DNA of 64,000 nucleotides from Pseudobdellovibrionaceae bacterium (GTDB lineage Bacteria; Bdellovibrionota; Bdellovibrionia; Bdellovibrionales; Bdellovibrionaceae): NCBI GenBank assembly GCA_039810425.1, contig JBDHWW010000011.1, positions 12,223 to 76,222 of the forward strand, read 5' to 3'. Shown piece by piece: positions 57,753 to 64,000 of this stretch (position 1 is its first letter; each line of letters starts with the position of its first letter). The notes under the pieces were generated by a model. It saw only the letters and a program-made list of their open reading frames with translations, ran no database searches and was not told where the DNA came from. The position numbers and the translations under genes were made by a program.

Positions 57753-59145
57753 TTGTTACCTCGATTCCCCATGCCGGGTTGTTACAGGCAGAACCACTGA
57801 GGGCTCCGTGAGTTCGCCAGCTAAAGCTATTTAAATCAAAACTGACCAATCCGCCGACAGCGCTAAACGAAGAGAATATGCGGCCAGACATAGGATCTAC
57901 GAAAAGTCCGCTGAGAACGCCATTCTCGATAGCCCTTGGGTTCATAGGACTGTTCTTAATTTCATCTGAATAGGACACCGTCTTCTCGGACGTGATTTTC
58001 GCTTGACCAGCGCTGATTCCGACAACATGAATCGTGCCGGACTTTAAGAACGTGCGCTCTCTGCTATCGGTGCCAAGCTGTTCTTCAATATACACCAAAA
58101 CGGTTTCACCGCCGCGATCCGCAAATGTCATTGGCAAACGGACGGCAGAACCTGAAAGCGTTCCGAGGGTCGTGGCTTTGGTGGGCGAACTGACACTAGT
58201 CATGCGGATTTTCCATGGGCCCCCGAGATGGCCCTCAACCCAGAACAAGTTCTTTTTTGCGGCATCAATGTAGCCAAAGAGCTGAGAGTCTTTGCTATCC
58301 ACCGGATCGGGTAAAGAAAACGTTTTCTTAGTGTTGAAGTTATAGAACTTCTGAGTGAGCGTGCCGCTACTTTCTTGTTCAAAGCGCAGGTAATCGTCAC
58401 CGCCGATAAATTCCGGATTAAAGGACTCGTTGGCATTGAATGGAACTGTGAACTTGCTGCCTTTGAGGCTTTCCCAAGTATAAGTGCCATCGGTTGCAGG
58501 ATAGAGATAAGCAGTCCGTTTCCAGTTGGCACTGAGAATGTGTCTGCTCATTTTCAAATTCTCATACGGAAACCCGCCCAGAGGCGGAACACCAGGAAAG
58601 TTAGAAAGCACCTGAGCGGTGGCAGCGCCAGACAAGAGATTGGCGGTGGAACGATAGATTTTCAATGGGCCTTGGAATTGTTCTTGCCCCTGCATAATGA
58701 AGAACATTGTATTGCCGTCACTTTGCAATGGAGTGCCTGTAGAAACCCAGTACATTGGGATCTCATTCACTGACGGAGTCAGAGACGGCATTTGAAAATT
58801 GGGTGCCGCATCCCCACGAAGCGTATTAAAAGATTTTGACATCGCACCTTCGCAAAGGAAGCGTGCGACAGGTTTTGCGGCGGGAGCCGGCGTCGGGGTC
58901 GGAGTCGGAGGGGTGTCTGGAGCGCCCGGGTTGGTCCCATCACCTGGAGAAGGCAATGGAGCGGGAGTCGATCCAGGTTGTCCGCCAGGATTTGAGGGCT
59001 TTGTTTGTTCGCCCGGGACGGGAGTCGCAGTGCCATCACGAAGGGCTACGCTCTTGTTACCATTAGAGCAACCGGTAACTAAAACAGCAGAAAGAAAAAC
59101 AGAGAAAAGAGTCGAAGACAGAAACGCGCAGACATAGTTTTTCAT
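57745..59145 (-). CDS. Lipoprotein with a Pro-rich linker and a beta-rich (propeller-like) domain
   Basis: GAGGGG RBS before ATG 59145; VTGC lipobox; PTPTPTPAP linker. Confidence 0.7.
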   Translation of the reverse strand: MKNYVCAFLSSTLFSVFLSAVLVTGCSNGNKSVALRDGTATPVPGEQTKPSNPGGQPGSTPAPLPSPGDGTNPGAPDTPPTPTPTPAPAAKPVARFLCEGAMSKSFNTLRGDAAPNFQMPSLTPSVNEIPMYWVSTGTPLQSDGNTMFFIMQGQEQFQGPLKIYRSTANLLSGAATAQVLSNFPGVPPLGGFPYENLKMSRHILSANWKRTAYLYPATDGTYTWESLKGSKFTVPFNANESFNPEFIGGDDYLRFEQESSGTLTQKFYNFNTKKTFSLPDPVDSKDSQLFGYIDAAKKNLFWVEGHLGGPWKIRMTSVSSPTKATTLGTLSGSAVRLPMTFADRGGETVLVYIEEQLGTDSRERTFLKSGTIHVVGISAGQAKITSEKTVSYSDEIKNSPMNPRAIENGVLSGLFVDPMSGRIFSSFSAVGGLVSFDLNSFSWRTHGALSGSACNNPAWGIEVTNE

Positions 59146-59339
59146 AGAAGGCCCCTCGATTAAGACTATAGAAAGCCTTTCACAGATAGACTTGAGTGTG
59201 TGGCTTGTCAACTCTTGGTATAGCAAGGAAAACGAATCGACATTGTCATTGAAAAGATAACATAAGCATCTGTTTTAGCTCGAGCTTTATGAATCTTGCA
59301 TTTGCAAGGAAAGAGCGGAAATGTGAGATTTAGGTCGTT

Positions 59340-59879
59340 TTAGAGGCCGAGCCAGGTTTTGAAAGTTTGCAGCCAGTTTTCGTGCGAAAGAATCTGCATT
59401 AAAAGCACCCAGAGCACGAAATAATTCGCCATCAGCATCAACTGTGGAAATGACTCCACGAAAGAAAGGCGAGTGCCCTCCTGAAGCTGCATGATCTTTT
59501 CGCGGTCTGAGATGTCCTTGAGTTTTCGTGCGAGTCCCTGAGCCAGGACCACGCGGTGTCCCATTTCCATTTTATAGAAATGCAGGCCCACTAAAATTTT
59601 TGCGATGTCAGCAAGGGGGTCCAAGCGGGTGACGATCGCATAACTCGCCATTTGTTTTCCGCCGGGAGCTTGGAATTGGATTTTGATGATCTCGCCGAGA
59701 ACCGGGCAGAGATCTTCAGGCGCAGTGAAGGCCAAACCCGTCAGGGAAACATTTTTGATTTCGGTGCCTTCTTCCCAAGGAATTTGGCGGGGGCCAGCTA
59801 CTCTAATGAGCGAATCATCCTCGGTATTGAGGATATATCTTGGTGAGCGGGCGTGGTAGCGGGCAAGATTCTGATTCAT
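59340..59879 (-). CDS. PilZ-domain protein with a C-terminal hydrophobic helix
   Basis: ARSPRY...KNVSLTGLAF...GLHF. Confidence 0.8.
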   Translation of the reverse strand: MNQNLARYHARSPRYILNTEDDSLIRVAGPRQIPWEEGTEIKNVSLTGLAFTAPEDLCPVLGEIIKIQFQAPGGKQMASYAIVTRLDPLADIAKILVGLHFYKMEMGHRVVLAQGLARKLKDISDREKIMQLQEGTRLSFVESFPQLMLMANYFVLWVLLMQILSHENWLQTFKTWLGL

Positions 59880-59888
59880 ACCCCCATT

Positions 59889-59916
59889 TTATCGGCTAAG
59901 CAGGAGCAAGACCTAA
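59889..59916 (-). promoter_or_regulatory. Putative sigma-28 (FliA) promoter
   Basis: Minus strand TTAGG-N15-GCCGATAA. Confidence 0.6.
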
Positions 59917-59944
59917 GGCAAATCAGGTCTAGCCTCTGAGATTC

Positions 59945-60937
59945 TCATTTTGAGAAATGGCTCCAGCCCCTAAACTCGCGGATTTCCTCCGCCCCGTTTT
60001 GCGGATTTTTCAGAGTGAGTTTACCGCTGTCATTGAATTTGCCAATGAGGAACAAATCCAGGTCTGCGGACTCGAAAATATATTTGATTTCATCTTTTTT
60101 GTTCGCCGGGAAGGCGAGGAGGAGCTCATAGTCCTCGCCGCCCCAAAGGGCGTTGTCCAGTGGCGATTGCTTGAGACTCATCGCGAGCCCTTCAGTATCA
60201 CTATCAATCGGCAGGTCTTCTTGATTGATCTCTACACCGAGTTCACCACGGGTCAGGTGCAGAAGTTCATTCACGAGTCCATCGCTGCAATCCATGAGTG
60301 CATGAATGTGAGTGCGCGTGAGAGCGTGTTGCTTTAAAAGTTTTGCGACATCAAGACGCGGTTTCGGGCGCAGGTGTTTTTGTGTGGCCTCAGCGTAGAC
60401 ATAGAGTTCTCTTTCAAGCGCGAGTCGGCCGGTTTGTGAAAGACCCAAGGGGCCGGTGACGGCCAGCCAATCGCCGGGCTCCGCGCCAGAGCGAGTATAT
60501 GCTTCGCCAACCTCGCCAGTGACACTGACATCGACCATAATTGGACCAGGACTTTGGCTGAGATCTCCGCCGACGATTTCAACACCGAACTGATCCGCAA
60601 GGGTCGTCATGCCCGAGTAAAAACTCAGGATCCAGTCTTCGCTCACGTCCTTCGGCACAGCCAGGGAAACCTGCGCATAATGGGGTTTTGCCCCCATAGC
60701 CGCAAGATCGCTTAAATTCACGGCAAGAGCCTTATACCCTAGGTCCGAAGGGCTGAAGTAGTTCGTTTTAAAGTGAACATCTTCGACCATCATGTCCTGG
60801 GCGATGACCGTGTTTTCAATAAAACTTTTGAACACAAAAGCATCATCGCCAAGTGGAACGACCGCACGAGGGCTATGTCGGTTCACGAGTTTTTTTAGAT
60901 TTTGAATAAGACTGTGCTCGCGCGGTGTGTTTTGCAT
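59945..60937 (-). CDS. thiL: Thiamine-monophosphate kinase
   Basis: GDDA, MVEDVHF, AVNLSDLAAMGA, IVGGD, DCSDGL, GGEDYELL; start placed at ATG 60937. Confidence 0.95.
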   Translation of the reverse strand: MQNTPREHSLIQNLKKLVNRHSPRAVVPLGDDAFVFKSFIENTVIAQDMMVEDVHFKTNYFSPSDLGYKALAVNLSDLAAMGAKPHYAQVSLAVPKDVSEDWILSFYSGMTTLADQFGVEIVGGDLSQSPGPIMVDVSVTGEVGEAYTRSGAEPGDWLAVTGPLGLSQTGRLALERELYVYAEATQKHLRPKPRLDVAKLLKQHALTRTHIHALMDCSDGLVNELLHLTRGELGVEINQEDLPIDSDTEGLAMSLKQSPLDNALWGGEDYELLLAFPANKKDEIKYIFESADLDLFLIGKFNDSGKLTLKNPQNGAEEIREFRGWSHFSK

Positions 60938-61007
60938 CTTGTTGACCTTAGGCCCCGTTGCCAAATGAGAGGGTTTATTGTGAAATAGTCCTTTGAGGAG
61001 TCCAGCG

Positions 61008-63185
61008 ATGATAGGGCCAAAGCCTTCCAGCAGCAAGAAAACAACCAGCAAAAAACGCAGCACGCGAAAGCCCAAAGTTGTTGAACACCCATTGTCATCC
61101 GAAAAACTCTTCACCAACCGCGAGGTCGGCTGGTTGCATTTTAACCGCCGCGTTTTGGCGGAGGCTGAAGATGCTCGCAATCCCCTTTTAGAAAGGCTGC
61201 GTTTCCTGAGCATTTCATCTTCGAATATGGACGAGTTTTTTATGAAACGTGTGGGCGGTCTTAAACGCCAAGTGGCCTACGGGATTGCCCCGAAGAGTGC
61301 CGATGCGCAGACTCCACAGCAGCAGTTGACGACGATTCGTCAGATCGTGATGCCGATGATTGTCGAGCAAGATACGTGCTTTGAAAAAACTCTGAAGCCC
61401 GCCTTGAGTGCAGAAGGCATCCAGCTTTTGAAATGGAAAGATCTCACGGTCAAAGAAAAAGAGCTGGTGAAGAAGTACTATCAGAAAAATGTCTTTCCAG
61501 TTTTGACCCCGCTTTCGGTGGACCCGGGGCATCCATTCCCATTTATTTCAAATCTTTCGACGTCTCTGGGCGTGACCCTGAAACATCCGGAGCGAGATGA
61601 AAAACTATTTGCGCGCGTGAAGATTCCCAAGGTGTTGCCGCAATGGATTCGTGCAAATCCAGACGGTGTGAATTATCGCTTTGTGAGCCTTGTCGAAGTG
61701 ATTCGAGAAAACCTCGCGGATTTGTTTCCGTCGATGCAAGTAACGAGTGCGATGGCATTTCGCCTGACTCGGAACGCGGACTCTGAGCACGACCAGGAAG
61801 ACACCGAGGACTTGCTCGAGACCATCGAAGAAGAGTTGCGCCAGCGGCGTTTTGCGGAGGTGGTGCGCTTGGAGCACGGACCAAATCCCGATCCGTGGAT
61901 GATTCAGTTTTTGATGGACGAACTCGATCTGTCGGAAGAGTTCTTGTACGAGCTTAAGGGCGAACTCGATTACACTGACTTGAACATGATTTACGATACT
62001 TTGAATCTGCCGAAACTCAAGTATGAGCCGTGGATGGCGGTTGTACCGCCGACGCTTGCGGTGGATGATGCCAATGGCTTTTTTGCCGCCATCAAAATTC
62101 AAGATCATGTATTACATCATCCTTATGAAAGCTTCTCTTCAACGGTCGAGAAATTTATCCGCTTGGCCTCGGATGATCCGAAAGTTTTAGCGATCAAAAT
62201 GACTTTGTACCGCACGGGTGACAACTCACCGTTCATTCGTTCGCTGATCCGGGCGGCGGAGGCAGGCAAGCAGGTGGTTTGCCTGGTGGAGTTGAAAGCG
62301 CGCTTTGATGAAGAAAGAAATATCTACTGGGCGCAGGAACTTGAAAATGCCGGTGTTCATGTGGTGTACGGAGTTGTGGGGCTCAAAACGCACGCAAAAA
62401 CGGCTCTCGTGGTTCGTCAAGAAAGCGAAGGGCTGCGCTGCTATTCGCACATTGGTACCGGTAACTACAACGTGACGACTTCGCGCTTTTACACGGACCT
62501 GGGTTTGTTAACGGCGCGCGAAGAACTGACCAACGAGATCGTGGAGTTCTTCCATTACCTCACGGGCCATTCGTTGAAAAATTCATACGAGAAACTACTG
62601 GTCGCGCCAGTGAATATGTTTCCGCGCTTTAAAGCCATGATTGAACGCGAAGGCGAGCTTGCGAAGGCCGGAAAACCCGCGCGGATCATCGCAAAGTTCA
62701 ATAACATGGAAGAAAACGACATTGCGATTTCACTCTATCAAGCTTCACAAAAGGGGGCAGAGATTGATTTGATCGTGCGCGGCTTCTGTTGCTTACGTCC
62801 GAAAGTTCCGGGCATGAGTGAGCGTCTGCGGGTGACCTCGATCATAGGCCGTTTTCTAGAGCACTCACGCATTTTTTATTTTAGAAATGGGGCTGCAGAT
62901 CCGATTGATGGAGAGTTTTACATTGGCTCGGCCGATTGGATGTATCGTAATCTGCATGCACGGGTAGAGGCGGTTGTGCCGATCATTGATCGCAGCGCAC
63001 GAGAAAAAATTTGGGAAATCTTGCAGCTGTCTTTGAAAGACGAGCGCCAGAGTTGGCGAATGACATCTGAAGGCCATTACGTCCAAATGAAGGTGAGTGA
63101 GTCGGGGGTGCAGCAGGTGCTCATGCAGCTTGCCAAACAGCGGGCGAAAAACATTGAAGAAAGCAATTCCAGCGGAGAGTCTTGA
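61008..63185 (+). CDS. ppk1: Polyphosphate kinase 1
   Basis: NREVGWLHFNRRVL, DPGHPFP, HHPYESF, ELKARFDEERNI, KTHAK, GTGNYN, GRFLEHSR, SADWM. Confidence 0.97.
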   Translation: MIGPKPSSSKKTTSKKRSTRKPKVVEHPLSSEKLFTNREVGWLHFNRRVLAEAEDARNPLLERLRFLSISSSNMDEFFMKRVGGLKRQVAYGIAPKSADAQTPQQQLTTIRQIVMPMIVEQDTCFEKTLKPALSAEGIQLLKWKDLTVKEKELVKKYYQKNVFPVLTPLSVDPGHPFPFISNLSTSLGVTLKHPERDEKLFARVKIPKVLPQWIRANPDGVNYRFVSLVEVIRENLADLFPSMQVTSAMAFRLTRNADSEHDQEDTEDLLETIEEELRQRRFAEVVRLEHGPNPDPWMIQFLMDELDLSEEFLYELKGELDYTDLNMIYDTLNLPKLKYEPWMAVVPPTLAVDDANGFFAAIKIQDHVLHHPYESFSSTVEKFIRLASDDPKVLAIKMTLYRTGDNSPFIRSLIRAAEAGKQVVCLVELKARFDEERNIYWAQELENAGVHVVYGVVGLKTHAKTALVVRQESEGLRCYSHIGTGNYNVTTSRFYTDLGLLTAREELTNEIVEFFHYLTGHSLKNSYEKLLVAPVNMFPRFKAMIEREGELAKAGKPARIIAKFNNMEENDIAISLYQASQKGAEIDLIVRGFCCLRPKVPGMSERLRVTSIIGRFLEHSRIFYFRNGAADPIDGEFYIGSADWMYRNLHARVEAVVPIIDRSAREKIWEILQLSLKDERQSWRMTSEGHYVQMKVSESGVQQVLMQLAKQRAKNIEESNSSGES

Positions 63186-63191
63186 GGTGTT

Positions 63192-63698
63192 GTGGAGTTG
63201 ATCATTATGCGCCACGGTCTCGCTGAGGACCGCGAGGAATTTGCCAAAAAGAATGTCGAAGATGCTTTGCGCCCTTTGACCATGAAGGGCCGTAAACGTA
63301 CCCAAAAGGTCGCAATGAAATTGCGCGATTGGATCGACGAAGTGGATCTCATCGTTTCAAGTCCGTTTACACGCGCCCGTCAGACGGCGGAGCTCGTGTC
63401 GCAGATTTTTATCGAAACCAAAACCGTCGAAACCGCTGAACTGGTACCCACAAGCCCACCCCATGCGTTCATGCGCTGGCTTCGCGCCCACGGGGATGAA
63501 CACAAGCGTATTTTGATCGTCGGTCACGAACCTCAACTCAGTATCCTGGCAAGCTTTCTGATATCGGGGCAGACAGAAGCTTTGCTCGAACTCAAAAAGA
63601 GCGGTATGCTTTGCCTCAAAATCGAAAACTTCAAAACCGTCACCCCAGGCTCAGCAAAGCTCCTCTGGCTCCTGCAACCCCGCCACATTCTCGGCTAG
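63192..63698 (+). CDS. sixA: Phosphohistidine phosphatase SixA
   Basis: MRHG, RPLT, SSPFTRARQTA, VGHEP. Confidence 0.9.
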   Translation: MELIIMRHGLAEDREEFAKKNVEDALRPLTMKGRKRTQKVAMKLRDWIDEVDLIVSSPFTRARQTAELVSQIFIETKTVETAELVPTSPPHAFMRWLRAHGDEHKRILIVGHEPQLSILASFLISGQTEALLELKKSGMLCLKIENFKTVTPGSAKLLWLLQPRHILG

Positions 63699-63789
63699 TC
63701 GCAAACGGCATCTTTTAAGACCTTAAAACTGGCCTCTTTAAATGTTGATAGGGGAGAGCTACCGCCGAGAGTGTCTCTTTCCATGGGAA

Positions 63790-63842
63790 TCGAGGCCTAC
63801 AGCCTCGAGCTTCGTTGAAGGCCGGCCATCCGGGCCGGCCTT
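63790..63842. repeat. Two GC-rich hairpins (REP-like palindromes)
   Basis: tcgaggc-ctaca-gcctcga and aaggccggcc-atccg-ggccggcctt. Confidence 0.5.
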
Positions 63843-64000
63843 TGGCTTTCTTCTTTCTCACCAGAAGCCCACGCCCCTCTAAATCATTGAGTTCATGATA
63901 GGCGACCACGGCCCTAAACTGCCTCCCCCAAGACAAAATCTTAGTAAAAGGGCGAAGATCAAAAAGGCCTTTCAGGGACCTCCCTTTAAGCTTTGAAAGA

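Noticed and set aside
59146..59226. Upstream start of the 493-aa lipoprotein
   Set aside because: RBS and signal-peptide position favour ATG 59145
60938..61213. 91-aa N-terminal extension of ThiL overlapping ppk1
   Set aside because: Open frame antisense to ppk1; ThiL homology begins at MQNTPREHSLI (60937)
63715..63936. 73-aa minus-strand ORF
   Set aside because: TTG start, no RBS, no recognisable motif, and it runs through palindromic sequence
1..64000. rRNA, tRNA, prophage, IS and defence systems
   Set aside because: No recognisable signatures seen by eye; a covariance-model or HMM scan would be needed to exclude small RNAs

Overview
Gene-dense chromosomal window, most likely from a predatory Bdellovibrionota (Bdellovibrio-like) bacterium. 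This assignment is inferred from the gene content: FQNC-type lipoproteins, a stand-alone spdEFG1-like fusA, an ABCC/MRP-type ABC transporter, and many secreted proteases and orphan lipoproteins. Housekeeping genes are lpxD (partial), infA, tex, topA, prc, 2-oxoacid dehydrogenase E1 alpha/beta, pyrE, cutA, an rpsA-like gene, fusA, recQ, aat, uup, thiL, ppk1 and sixA. They are interleaved with accessory secreted or surface proteins. I found no rRNA, tRNA, CRISPR array, prophage or transposase. The most notable signals are: (1) a lipoprotein carrying an FrpC-type Ca2+-dependent self-processing (Asp-Pro clip-and-link) module, a candidate covalent prey-tethering adhesin; (2) five sigma-54-like -24/-12 promoters that all precede secreted-protein genes, with a GTCTCA-N3-TGAGAC palindrome nearby; (3) an operon of a secreted kinase-like protein, a subtilase with no propeptide, a lipoprotein and a Pro/Gly-rich protein; (4) a 1344-aa phosphodiesterase/lipase/DUF3047-like fusion; (5) an orphan TolC operon; (6) two small ORFs absent from the ORF track, a 30-aa basic peptide and a 27-aa leader upstream of the ABC transporter. 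All family calls come from motif recognition by eye; no database search was run.
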